Virus record (IMG/VR): IMGVR_UViG_3300032232_001103
Location: 1-54,959 of that record
Origin: a virus
Taxonomy: Duplodnaviria > Caudoviricetes
Direction: 5' to 3' (one strand)
Length of the DNA stretch: 54,959 bases
This document shows positions 1 through 11,700 of this stretch, in pieces. The notes under the pieces were generated by a model, which was given only the letters and a program-made list of their open reading frames with translations, made no database searches and was not told where the DNA came from. The translations under genes and the position numbers were made by a program. The first letter of the stretch is position 1; the number at the start of each line of letters is the position of its first letter.

Positions 1-300
1 GTTGTACCAATAGAACCCGCTACCACCTTCTGCTGGTGTTTTTTGAATAGACAGTTGGAATGAACTGGACACATTAGACAACACCATTGTTGCCGCACCG
101 CCATTTCCTAGCGCGGTTGGAAGAACAAAACATTCAACAGTAAAGTTTCCCGTGCCAAAGTTCAACGCAGATGAATTTGGCCCTGTAATGTAATTCGTGC
201 CGTTGAAGACCGCCGCATAAGTATTGCCAAACGGAGCATTCCATGCCTTCTGTTGTAGGCCTTGCAACTGCTGTTTTAAGGTAAAAAGACCTCGTGCCAT
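1..300 (-). CDS. Partial (runs off left edge) virion-associated protein with probable LamG/concanavalin-A-like domain
   Basis: Manual translation from ATG at 300: MARGLFTLKQQLQGLQQKAWNAPFGNTYAAVFNGTNYITGPNSSALNFGTGNFTVECF; the FGTGNFTVEC motif is typical of phage LamG-like domains. Confidence 0.6.
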   Translation of the reverse strand, partial: MARGLFTLKQQLQGLQQKAWNAPFGNTYAAVFNGTNYITGPNSSALNFGTGNFTVECFVLPTALGNGGAATMVLSNVSSSFQLSIQKTPAEGGSGFYWYN

Positions 301-311
301 TGTATACTACC

Positions 312-1229
312 TTAAAAAGTTATTGTGCCACTACTGGTCCAAACATATACACGCCACGCACCTGTGACGTATGTTTGTGGGCTTCCAGTTGTTGATGTCG
401 CGGGTGCTAGATACGATGGGTAACGGATGACTACTATGCCTGAACCACCACCTCCTTGACCAGCGGAGGTATTGTTATAATCTGTCCAAGTTCCACCACC
501 CCCGCCTCCGGTGTTTGGCGCTCCGTAAGTTGGCGGAATATAAGCCCCAGAAGTATCTTTGCCGTTTCCATTACCGCCACCGCCACCGCCACCAAGAGAG
601 GGTGGGAATCCGGCTGGTGGATTATAAAACCCACCTCCTCCTCCACCAGCATATTGAACGGGAGATCCAGTGATTGAAGAAACAATTCCTGTTCCTCCAT
701 TTCCCGCATACGCTCCTGATGTGCCAGATGACGGTACACGTCCGTTTCCGCCAATCGAGCCAGCTCCACCGCCGCCACCGCCTACATAAGCGGCACCACC
801 ATTGTTGCCCCCAATTCCTCCGTTGTTTCCTTGTCCAGCAGTCCCCAAACCGGGATAATCGCCACCGTAAATTCCTCCGCAACCGCTTCCACCCGCAGGA
901 GCGCCGTACTGAGAGCCGCCACTGTTAGCATTTCCTCCTCCTCGAGGAGCAATATTGCCAAAACTAGAAACTCCACCGTTGGTAGTAGAGGTAGTGCTTG
1001 GGGCATTACCAGCGCCAACAGTTACAGTAATTGATGTTCCAACAGTTACAGGGTATCCGATCCCAGTCAGTACGCCGCCTGCACCTCCACCACCCCCAAG
1101 GACTCCACCACCTCCGGCGCCACCATTACCACCACCACCAACTACTAGGTACTCTACTGTGGTTACAGGACCATTTAAACCGGTTACTTGACCGTTGGAT
1201 AAGTATCCACCATTATGTTTAAGGGACAT
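312..1229 (-). CDS. Glycine-rich virion/tail-associated protein
   Basis: 305 aa; VEYLVVGGGG, YAGGGGG, NTGGGGGG and GGSGIVVIRY motifs of the common phage glycine-rich domain family. Confidence 0.75.
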   Translation of the reverse strand: MSLKHNGGYLSNGQVTGLNGPVTTVEYLVVGGGGNGGAGGGGVLGGGGGAGGVLTGIGYPVTVGTSITVTVGAGNAPSTTSTTNGGVSSFGNIAPRGGGNANSGGSQYGAPAGGSGCGGIYGGDYPGLGTAGQGNNGGIGGNNGGAAYVGGGGGGAGSIGGNGRVPSSGTSGAYAGNGGTGIVSSITGSPVQYAGGGGGGFYNPPAGFPPSLGGGGGGGNGNGKDTSGAYIPPTYGAPNTGGGGGGTWTDYNNTSAGQGGGGSGIVVIRYPSYLAPATSTTGSPQTYVTGAWRVYVWTSSGTITF

Positions 1230-1240
1230 AATGCCCCCTA

Positions 1241-1612
1241 TTAAGTAATGGCTTCATAAGTAGCTACAAATTCTAGTGCATTTGCAGTGCCACTGGTAAC
1301 TACCACACTTTGTGCATCATTGACATAAAAGCCAGTAGTTTTGTCTACTATGATTAGTGAGGCATTTGCTGGTACACTAATTTGATAACATAATCTATAA
1401 GCAGTGCCGCCGCCAGCAGTGGCACTGTTAATTGATACCGTTACAGCTACAGCACTGCTGGTAACATTAGTAGCAGTAATGTTACCAACTTTATTTACCA
1501 CATTTGTAGCTGGTGTTAATGCAGTCCACACAGTAGCACTAGTAGTGCTAGGAATAATGTAAACTGTATTACCGCGAATGTCGGTTACGCCTACTATATT
1601 TGGTGTTGCCAT
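1241..1612 (-). CDS. Small virion structural protein (hypothetical)
   Basis: 123-aa beta-rich ORF with GGA RBS, in the tail fibre cluster. Confidence 0.65.
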   Translation of the reverse strand: MATPNIVGVTDIRGNTVYIIPSTTSATVWTALTPATNVVNKVGNITATNVTSSAVAVTVSINSATAGGGTAYRLCYQISVPANASLIIVDKTTGFYVNDAQSVVVTSGTANALEFVATYEAIT

Positions 1613-1621
1613 TGTTTATCC

Positions 1622-1894
1622 TTAAAATCCAAAAATCATTGACATAGCAATAGCTTTACCCGTTGAGGCACCTGCTTGAATAGTTGTCCAAGTTGGCGCG
1701 CTGCTACCATTTGACTGTAAAAATTGACCACTAGTTCCGGTTGCAGTAAAACCGGTAGTATTTGCTGCAGTTTGATAAGGGATCTGACCTGCTGCTCCAC
1801 CAGTTAACCATGCTATAGAACCTAACAAGGTATCACCAGTTTGTAGCTCTTGAATTTGTGACCCATTAATAATTAATGAATACCTTGTTGCCAT
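1622..1894 (-). CDS. Small tail-fibre-associated protein
   Basis: 90 aa, GTSGQFLQSNG fibre-type motif and C-terminal GKAIAMSMIFG; AGGA RBS. Confidence 0.6.
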   Translation of the reverse strand: MATRYSLIINGSQIQELQTGDTLLGSIAWLTGGAAGQIPYQTAANTTGFTATGTSGQFLQSNGSSAPTWTTIQAGASTGKAIAMSMIFGF

Positions 1895-1906
1895 TTTATT
1901 TCCTTA

Positions 1907-4900
1907 CTAAGTTATGTATATACTAGTTGATTGACCGGCATTATTTAACACAGTAAAATAACCTTGTCCAACTGAAATAGTGGCTGTTAAACCGGAATTT
2001 AATAGTATGGGTAATGCATTTAAGTTATATCTATTAGTAGCAGTACCCATTTCAACCCACTGTGAACTATCTTGATCTGTATAGTATGTATACTCAACGC
2101 CGTTGGTAGTATTAACCCACTTATTACCAACATTAGGTGAAGTAGGTGCAGTTGTACCTATTGAAGTAACAGCTCCAGTACTAAAAGCAATTGTTTCTAC
2201 TAATTCGCCTGCGCTAGCAGCTACGGCTAATGTAATAGAAATACCATTAGTTGCTGTGTAATCCGAACTATTAAGTAGTATACCGTTAACATAAACCTGT
2301 AGATAACCAACTATATAGTTAACATTAAATACAGTCTGACCAGCTGTAGCTGTTGCACTAGTACGAGTATAAGAAGTATATCCAGCACTAACTGTAGGAC
2401 CACTAGTACCATTAGTAGCACTAGTAACTCTACCTTTAGCGTCTACTGTAATATTAGCACTAGTATAACTACCGGGTGTTACTGCAGTACTAGCTAAAGT
2501 AAGCGCTGTTGAACTGCCCGTTGTACCAGTACCAGTTACATCACCGGTAAAAGTAAGTGAACCACTAGGAATACTTACGTTACTAGTGGTTACACCAGTA
2601 ACTAAACCTTTGGCATTAACAGTAATAACTGGAATTGCTGTAGCGCTACCAAAACTACCTACGTTACTATTTACTGTAGCTAGTGTGGCAGTAATAGCTG
2701 TTGTACCACTACCAGTAATATCGCCACTTATTGAAACGCTTTGATTACCAGTTAAATATGTACTAGTATCAAGTGTCCAAGTATCTGCGGCTGTTTTCTT
2801 TAATAAACCGCTAGTTCCTGCTAGAGCAGCAATGGCGGTTAAGTCAGCATCTAGTGGTTGTTTACCTGCTAGTGCTGTAGTAAGAGTACTAGCATAATTA
2901 GCATCATTGTTTAATGCTGCTGCTAGTTCTTGTAGGGTGTCTAGTGCAGTTGGAGCTCCTCCAACTAAATTAGTAACTGCTGTAACAACGTATGCTTGTG
3001 TTGCATAACTACTAGGATTAGTGGCGTTGTAAGGAGTATATCCTAGTGCAGTAGTAATTTGACTACTAGTAATACCAGTTAAATATGTACTAGTATCTAG
3101 GGTCCAAGTATCTGCGGCAGTTTTCTTTAGTAATCCGCTAGTTCCTGCTAATGCAGCAATAGCAGTTAAATCAGCATCTAATGGTTGTTTAGTTGCTACT
3201 GCTGTATCAACATAAGTTTGTGTTGAGGCATTAGTAATACCGTATCCGGCTAAAGTAGTTGGCTTGTTGATTAAATCACTAAAACTACCAGTAAGTCCTA
3301 CAGTAGCTACCGTACTACTAATTCCATAAACTATAAATTCAATTGTTTGATTTGCTGTAGCAGCAACATTTAGTATAACACTAGTTCCGCTAGTAGCAGT
3401 ATAATCACTACTATCTAATAATACGCCATTAACATATACTTGAATTAATCCTGGAGTATATGTAACTGAAAAAGTTGTTTGACCTGCCGTTGCAGTAACA
3501 GTTGTTCTAGCATAAGTATTACCACTAGTACCTAAACTAGTAGCACTAGTAATTCTGCCTTTAGCATCAACTGTAATATTAGCCGTAGTATAAGTACCAG
3601 CTGTTACACCAGAATTTGCTAATGTTAATGCAGTACTACTACCAGTTGTACCTGCCCCAGTAACGTCGCCAGTAAAAGTAAGTGATCCACTAGGGATACT
3701 AACATTACTAGTACTTACAGCAGTAACTAAACCTTTAGCATTAACTGTAATAACTGGAATTGCTGTGGCACTACCAAAACTACCAACATTAGTATTTACA
3801 GTAGCTAAAGTAGCTGTAATGCCAGTTGTACCACTACCAGTAATGTCACCAGTTATTGAAACACTTTGATTACCAGTAATATATCCATTTGGATTAGTAG
3901 CATTATAAGGAGTATATCCCAGCGCAGTAGTAACTTGACTACTAGTAATACCAGTTAAATAACCGCTGGGATTTGTAGCATTATAAGGAGTATATCCCAG
4001 TGCAGTAGTAACTTGACCACTAGTAATACCAGTTAAATAAGTACTAGTATCTAAGGTCCAAGTATCTGCTGCTGTTTTCTTTAGTAATCCACTAGTTCCT
4101 GCTAATGCAGCAATAGCGGTTAAGTCAGCATCTAATGGTTGTTTATTTGATAATGCAGTAGTAATACTAGAAGCATAATTAGCGTCGTTATTTAATGCTG
4201 CAGATAGTTCTTGTAGTGTATCTAAGGCTGCTGGCGCACTGCCGACCAAATTACTAATTGCAGTAGTAACGTAACTTTGTGTAGCATATGTTTGATTAGT
4301 AGCAGCAGTAATAATACCTTTAGCATTAACAGTTACACTATTATATGTTCCAGCAATAACGCCACTATTAGCTAAAGTTAATGTTGTACTTGATCCTGTT
4401 GTTCCTGTACCACTTACATCGCCACTAAAACTTAGTGAACCACTAGGAATGCTTGCCCAACTAGTTACGCTACCATTTGTAGTTAAATATTTACCACTAT
4501 TACCTGTTTGTGTAGGAATAGTATATCCATCGGTAATACCATATCCAGATAAAGTAGTTGGTTTATTTATTAAATCACTAAAATTACCCGTAAGTCCTAC
4601 AGTAACTACTGTACTGCTTGCACCATAAACTATGAATTCAACTATTTGACTTGCTGTAGAAGTATTGTTAGTTAATACAACGCTACTTCCAGTAGTAGCA
4701 GTATAATCGCTACTATTTAATAATATACCATTAACATATACTTGAATTAATCCTGGAGTATATGCAACCGAAAAAGTTGTTTGGCCAGGAGTTGCAATAA
4801 CACTTGTGCGAGTATATGTATTTCCATAAGTACCAGCAGCTCCGTTGCTAGCACTAGTAATTCTGCCTTTAGCATCTACGGTAATATTAGCAGCGGTATA

Positions 4901-5299
4901 ACTACCTGCTGTAACTCCAGAAGAAGCTAAGGTTAGGGTGGTACTACTTCCCGTAGTACCAGTCCCTGTAATATCGCCCGTAAAACTTAAAGATCCACTA
5001 GGAATGCTTACAGCAGTAGTAGTTACTGCTGTAACTAATCCTTTAGCATTAACAGTAATAACTGGAATAGCTGTGGCACTACCAAAACTACCAGTATTAC
5101 TATTTACTGTGGCTAAAGTACCGGTAATACTGGTACTACCGGTACCTGTAATATCACCAGTTATTGAAATTTGCTGATTTTGAGTTAACTTAGTAGCAAG
5201 ATCAGTATTTAAATTAATAAAGTTATTATCTAACTCTGTGTTGGTTAAGGGACGGTTTACGGCAGTCGCCCCAGTATCTCGTGTGACAATAGTTGCCAT
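1907..5299 (-). CDS. Long tail fibre protein with modular internal repeats
   Basis: 1130 aa Thr/Gly/Ser-rich; LTNTELDNNF N-terminus; ITVDAKGRITSA repeats; APxALDTLQELxAALNNDANYAS x2; KQPLDADLTAIAALAGTSGLLKKTAADTWTLD x3; QVYVNG.LL..SDYTAT x3. Confidence 0.85.
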   Translation of the reverse strand: MATIVTRDTGATAVNRPLTNTELDNNFINLNTDLATKLTQNQQISITGDITGTGSTSITGTLATVNSNTGSFGSATAIPVITVNAKGLVTAVTTTAVSIPSGSLSFTGDITGTGTTGSSTTLTLASSGVTAGSYTAANITVDAKGRITSASNGAAGTYGNTYTRTSVIATPGQTTFSVAYTPGLIQVYVNGILLNSSDYTATTGSSVVLTNNTSTASQIVEFIVYGASSTVVTVGLTGNFSDLINKPTTLSGYGITDGYTIPTQTGNSGKYLTTNGSVTSWASIPSGSLSFSGDVSGTGTTGSSTTLTLANSGVIAGTYNSVTVNAKGIITAATNQTYATQSYVTTAISNLVGSAPAALDTLQELSAALNNDANYASSITTALSNKQPLDADLTAIAALAGTSGLLKKTAADTWTLDTSTYLTGITSGQVTTALGYTPYNATNPSGYLTGITSSQVTTALGYTPYNATNPNGYITGNQSVSITGDITGSGTTGITATLATVNTNVGSFGSATAIPVITVNAKGLVTAVSTSNVSIPSGSLTFTGDVTGAGTTGSSTALTLANSGVTAGTYTTANITVDAKGRITSATSLGTSGNTYARTTVTATAGQTTFSVTYTPGLIQVYVNGVLLDSSDYTATSGTSVILNVAATANQTIEFIVYGISSTVATVGLTGSFSDLINKPTTLAGYGITNASTQTYVDTAVATKQPLDADLTAIAALAGTSGLLKKTAADTWTLDTSTYLTGITSSQITTALGYTPYNATNPSSYATQAYVVTAVTNLVGGAPTALDTLQELAAALNNDANYASTLTTALAGKQPLDADLTAIAALAGTSGLLKKTAADTWTLDTSTYLTGNQSVSISGDITGSGTTAITATLATVNSNVGSFGSATAIPVITVNAKGLVTGVTTSNVSIPSGSLTFTGDVTGTGTTGSSTALTLASTAVTPGSYTSANITVDAKGRVTSATNGTSGPTVSAGYTSYTRTSATATAGQTVFNVNYIVGYLQVYVNGILLNSSDYTATNGISITLAVAASAGELVETIAFSTGAVTSIGTTAPTSPNVGNKWVNTTNGVEYTYYTDQDSSQWVEMGTATNRYNLNALPILLNSGLTATISVGQGYFTVLNNAGQSTSIYIT

Positions 5300-5323
5300 A
5301 TTAGTCCCTTAAACCTATTAAAA

Positions 5324-5779
5324 TTAAGCTACTGTAACTTTCCAAGTAATAACTAAGGTATCAAGTGGACCTTTGTTGATAACATCAAACTTTGTACGGC
5401 AAAGCATTGTGCCAGCACTTGAAGCGTTAAAAATACCAGCTTCTGTAATTGCACCAGTACCTGTACCAGCAGCAAAAGTAGCAACATATTGAACCGCATC
5501 ATTAGTAGCAGCTGTAGTTACTAATGTTGTAGAATCTAGTGCTACACGGCCAAGTTGTGTTCCAAGACCAGTATCTGCAGCAGCAGCATTAATATTACCG
5601 CTACCAACAGCCATATGACTCATAGCTGTAGCTGTCGAATCTTTAATACGGCTAGCGATGTAGGCCAAACCACTGTTAACAACTAGGTTTGGGATTTCGC
5701 GAGTTTCTTTAACTTTACCAGCAGCATCAAGCAATTCAACTTGTACTAGGCCTTTGGTTTTTAATGAATCATCTAACAT
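5324..5779 (-). CDS. Virion structural protein (tail/collar-associated)
   Basis: 151 aa; NLVVNSG, MAVGSG, ITEAGIFNA..G.MLCR motifs common in phage fibre-attachment-type proteins. Confidence 0.65.
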   Translation of the reverse strand: MLDDSLKTKGLVQVELLDAAGKVKETREIPNLVVNSGLAYIASRIKDSTATAMSHMAVGSGNINAAAADTGLGTQLGRVALDSTTLVTTAATNDAVQYVATFAAGTGTGAITEAGIFNASSAGTMLCRTKFDVINKGPLDTLVITWKVTVA

Positions 5780-5799
5780 GATAAGTTTCCTTTAAAATT

Positions 5800-8700
5800 T
5801 TAAGTACCAAAGTATGTATTAGTACCAGCATATCCTGGTGTAACATAACTACTGGCAAAGTAATTCTGGTTATTAATGGTTCCAGAATCGGTTGAGAAAA
5901 TTGTTTCTGTAAAAGTTTTACCACCAAATTTATAATATGTTAAAATATCTACAGGTGAGATAGTTTCTATTTTATTTGGCTTTATAGTGTTATTTGAGCT
6001 GTCAGAAGTAGTTAAAGTTCTATAATCACTGAATATTTTATAAGTACTAAATTGATTAATATCTATATTTGTTGCGTTGTCTACAGTGACTTTGGCAAAG
6101 CTAGCATATTCATCGTCGCCAACAGTAGCTGCACCATAATAGTCATCAGTAGCATCTGTTTGATCTTGAAAATTACGTGAATAATTAATTTGAGTATTAA
6201 TTGTATCACTTCTATTTAAAATATCTAATAAATATTTATTTGCTGATATAGCTTTACTATCATTAGTATTGCCAATATCTGATGTGTTTTTATTAACTTC
6301 AAATACTTTATATTCACTAAAAGTTAAATTGTCAGATAGTTGCGGTCGATAATTAACTATTTTATTAAATAATTCATTAATATTAGTAGTGTCTTGTTTA
6401 ATTATTTCCAATTTAATATTAACTAATTCTTGTAATAATTTAATTTCTGTAAAATTACGCAGATATTGTAATAGTGTTGCAATTACTTCGCTATTAATTA
6501 CAGAATTATTTATTACGGAGTTAGTATTAAAATAATTTATTTCATTAGTATTAGTATAATCTGATTTTAAACTACTAAATACTTTGGTATTAGTATCTGA
6601 ATTATTTAACTGTGTAGTTAAATATTTGCCTGTACTAAATTTTGAAGTATCTATAGCAGTACTACTATTGGCTAATATACTTGCAATATTAAAATTAGTA
6701 ACGTCTTGTTGTAAGATGCTATCTACAGTGACTTTGGTAAAGCTAGCGTATTCATCGTCACCAATGGTGGCGGCGCCATAATAGTCATCTGTAGCGTCTA
6801 CTAGGTCTTCAAAACTGCGTAAATAATTAACTTGAGTATTAGTTGTATCGCTTCTGTTTAAAATATCTAATAAATATTTATTTGCTGATATAGCTTTACT
6901 ATCATTAATATTTAAAATATCTACTACATTTTTATCAATTAATGATAAAATATATTCTGTAAATATAATACTATCAAATAGTTGTGGCTGATAATTAATT
7001 AACCTACTAAATAAATCAGTAATCCTAACACTATGCTGTTTAACTATACTTGTATTAAATACAGCCAAATCTTCAGTAATATTGGTTTCTGTAAAACTTC
7101 GGAAATATTGCAGAAGTGATCTAAATAATTCCGTAGCAATTACGTTATTACTTAACACCGAACTAATATTAAAATATTTTAGCTCATTTGTATTGCTAGA
7201 GTCTGTGTTTAAACTACTAATAGTTTTACTGTTAGTTTCGCTACTATTAAACTGTGTGGTTAAACCTTTACCAGTATTAGCTGCTAAACTATCTGTAGCA
7301 TTACTACTATCTACCAATATGCTTGTAATATTAAATACAGCAGTATCTTGTTGTAAGATGCTATCTACAGTAACTTTTACAAAACTAGCATACTCATCGT
7401 CACCAACAGTAGCAGCACCATAATAATCATCTGTAGCATCTATTAAATCTTCAAAACTACGCAAGTAGTTTACTTGATTACTAGATACATCACTAATACT
7501 AAAAGCATTTGAGAAGTATTTACTTGTTGTTGCAGATTTACTTTCGCTAATACTGCCAGTATCTAATATATTTTTATTAATTGTGTATAAAGTATATTCG
7601 CTAAATACTGTGCTATCAAATAACCGGGGGTTATAATAAACTGTTCTAGTAAATATATCATTAATATTGGCATTATGTTGTTTAACTATACTAGTATTAG
7701 TGGATACTATTTCTTGTGGTATAACGGCTTCTGTAAAGCTACGCAGATACTGCACAAGTGATCTAAATAATTCCGTAACATTTACGTTATTACTTAGCAC
7801 CGAACTAATATTAAAATATTTTAGCTCATTTGTATTGCTAGAGTCTGTATTTAAACTACTAATAGTTTTACTGTTAGTTTCACTACTATTAAATTGTGTA
7901 GTTAAAAATTTACCAGTATTAGCTGCTAAACTATCTGTAGGATTACTATTATCTGCTAGTATGCTTGTAATATTAAATGCAGTAGTATCTTGTTGTAAGA
8001 TATTATCTACAGTAACTTTACTAAAGCTGGCGTATTCATCATCGCCAATTGTAGCAGCACCATAGTAATCATCTGTAGCATCTATTAAATCTTCAAAACT
8101 ACGCAAATAATTTATTTGATTACTAGATACATCACTAATACTATTACTGTCGCTAGTAATCTTACTAATAAATACAGCTGGTGTATCTAATAAGTTACCA
8201 TTTTCATTTAGATATTTATTTACATAATAATAACTGAACTCACTGGTAACTGTATTATCAGCAGTAATATTTCTATTATAATTAACTAATCTATTAAATA
8301 AATCGCTAATCCTAACATTATCCTGTTTAACTATACTTGTATTAAATACAGCCAAATCTTCAGTAGTACTAGTTTCCGTAAAGTTACGCAGATATTGCAG
8401 AAGTGAGATTAATAAATCACTATTAGTTATAGTACTACTTAGCACCGAACTAATATTAAAATATTTTAGCTCATTTGTATTGATAAGGTCTAGCTTTAAA
8501 CTATTGATAGTTTTATTGTTAGTTTCGCTACTATTAAATTGTGTACTTAAAAACTTACTAGTGTTAGCCGCTAAACTATCTATAGCATTACTACTATCTG
8601 CTAGTATGCTTGTAATATCAAATGCGGTAGTATCTTGTTGTAAGATGCTATCTACAGTAACTTTTACAAAACTAGCATACTCATCGTCACCAACAGTAGC

Positions 8701-11700
8701 GGCACCATAGTAATCATCTGTAGCATCTACTAAGTCTTCAAAGCTACGTAAATAGCTTACTTGAGTATTAAATAAATCATTGATACTAAAAGCATTTGAG
8801 AAGTATTTGCCAGCTGTTATAGCTTTAGTTTCAGTAATAGTTATAGTATTAATTAATACTTGACTAATATCAAAGTAATTTATACTGTCGGTAGTATTTA
8901 TTAAATTATTAAAGTTACGTAAATAGTCTACTTGAGTAGTAGCTGTATCACTGCTACTAAAAATATTTGATAAATATTTACCTGTTGTAACAGTCTTAGT
9001 TTGAGTAATACCTACAGCACTACTTAATACTGACCTAATGTTAAAATAACTTAATTCACTAGTAATAAGAGTTTCTAGTTTTAAATTATTTGTTAATTTA
9101 GTATTAGTTTCACTACTATTAAACTGTGTACTTAAAAATTTACCAGTGTTAGCGGCTAAACTATCTATAGTATCAGCAGTATCTGCTAATATATTTGCAA
9201 CATTAAATTTAGTAACATCTAGTTGCAGAATATTATCTGCAATAACTTTCGTAAAACTTGCGTACTCATCGTCGTCAATTGTAGCAGCACCATAGTAATC
9301 ATCTGTAGCATCTACTAGGTCTTCAAAACTGCGTAAATAATCAATTGTTTTAATAAACGAATCATTAATACCAGCACTATGTTGTTTAACTATATTTGTA
9401 CTAAATATATTTAAATCTTCAACAGTATTAGTTTCGGTAAAACTGCGTAAGTATTGTAAGAGTGTAGTAGCTAAATCCGTGGTAGTTACTGTATTATTTA
9501 CTACTGAAGTAATAGTAAAGTAATTTATTTCAGTAGTAATAAATGTATTTAATTTTAAACTATTAAATTCTTTAGTATTACTTTCACTACCATTGATACG
9601 ATTAGTTAAAAATTTGCCTGTAGTATACGCAGAAGTTTCTGTAACAGTATTATTATCTGATAATATTTTTGCAACATTGAATGCAGCAGTATCTTCTTGC
9701 AGTATAGTGTCTATAGTAACTTTGACAAAACTTGCGTATTCATCATCGCCAATAGTAGCAGCACCGTAGTAATCATCAGTTGCATCTATTAAATCTTCAA
9801 AGCTACGCAAATAGCTTACTTGACTGCTGGATGTATCACTAATAATAGTGGAATGTTGTTTAACTATACTAGTATTAAGTGTGGTTAAATCTTCTGTATT
9901 ATTAGTTTCTGCGATGTTACGCGAATACTGTAAAAGCCTGGAAAATACATCATTATTATTTACAATACTACTTAGTATTGAAATAATATTAACGTATCTT
10001 ACTTCACTAGTATTAACAGTTTCTAATTTTGTACTATAAACTAATTTAGTATTGCTTTCTGTACTATTAAATTGTGTGCTTAAAAATTTACCAGTATTAT
10101 AAATTGAAATATCTGTAATACTATTAGTACTAATAGTTGCTAGTATTTTTGCTAGATCAAATCTAGTAATATCTTGTTGTAAAATATTATCTACAGTGAC
10201 TTTACTAAAGCTGGCGTATTCATCGTCACCAATGGTGGCCGCACCATAATAATCATCAGTTGCATCTACTAGGTCTTCAAAACTACGCAGGTAGTTTACC
10301 TGCGTACTAGACGTATCAGTAATGCCAAAATTATTTGAAAAATACTTGCTAGTTAATATAGCACTAGTTTCAGTAATTGTACCAATATTTAATATGGTTT
10401 TATCAATTAAAGCTACGGTATATTCACTAAATATTCCAGCATCAACTAATTGTCGTTGATAATCAACTGTTCTAGTAAATACATCAGTGCTAAAAATACT
10501 GTGTTGTTTAGCTATACTTGTACGAATAGTAGCTAAATCTTGTACGATATTAGCTTCTGCAAAATCACGATAATATTGTAGTAGTGTGGCAAGTAAATCA
10601 GTATTAGTTATAGTATTATTAACTATAGAACTAATACTTAAATACTTAAGTTCATTAATTGCAAGAGTATTTAGTTTTAAACTATTAATAGTTTTAGTAT
10701 TACTTTCTGCGCTATTAAACTGTGTGCTTAAAGGCTTACTGGTATTAACTGCAAAAATATCTAAATTGGTTGCACTATCTGATAATATCTTTGCAATATC
10801 AAATATAGTGGCATCTACTTCTAAAATACTGTCTACAGTAACTTTAGTAAAGCTAGCATACTCATCATCATCAATATTAGCTGCACCGTAATAATCGTCT
10901 GTAGCATCTACTAAGTCTTCAAAGCTGCGCAAATAACTTACTTGCGTATTAGCCGCATCACTAATACTAAAAGCATTTAATAAGTACTTGCCAGTTAGTA
11001 TAGCACTAGTTTCAATAATGGTATTAGTATTTAGTAAATTTTTATTTACTAGTGATACTAAATATTCATTAAATACTATAGTATTAAGTACTTCAGGACG
11101 ATAATCAACCGTTCTGGTAAATACGTCATTAATACTAATATTATGTTGTTTAACTGCGCGAATATTAAAAAATGCTAAATCTTGCTGTATATTACTAATT
11201 TCTGTAAAATTACGATTATATTCTAGCAGTCTAGTAAATAGATGATTAGCAGTTATACCGTTAGCTAATATAGAACTAAAATTAAAGTACTTTGTTTCAG
11301 TTACAGCAAGGTTATCTACTTTAACGGCACCAAATATTTTACTAGTAGTTTCTGCACTAATAAATTGGGTGTTTAAAAATTTGCCAATATTATTAGACTG
11401 TGGATCTGAAATATAAGTAAAAATGCTGTTTAATATGGTAGATATATTAAATGCAGTAATATCTTGTGGAAGTATTGTATCTACAGTTATTTTTGTAAAT
11501 GTAACATACTCGTCATCATCAATATTAGCCACACCGTAGTAATCGTCAGTAGCGTCTACTAGGTCTTCAAAGCTACGCAAATAATCTATTTGTGTATTAA
11601 ACAGGTCACTAATGTTATTGCTATCACTAGTAATTTTACTAACAATATTACTATTAGTATCTAATAAACTATTAGTTTCTGTAAAATATTTACTAGCATT

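Noticed and set aside
434-1222. Overlapping alternative-frame ORFs inside the glycine-rich gene
   Set aside because: By-products of GGN-rich codons that lack stops in other frames
6584-10891. Several similar plus-strand ORFs ending ...KLAYSSSP.VAAP
   Set aside because: Antisense shadows of the repeats in the 2334-aa minus-strand gene; no RBS or promoter support
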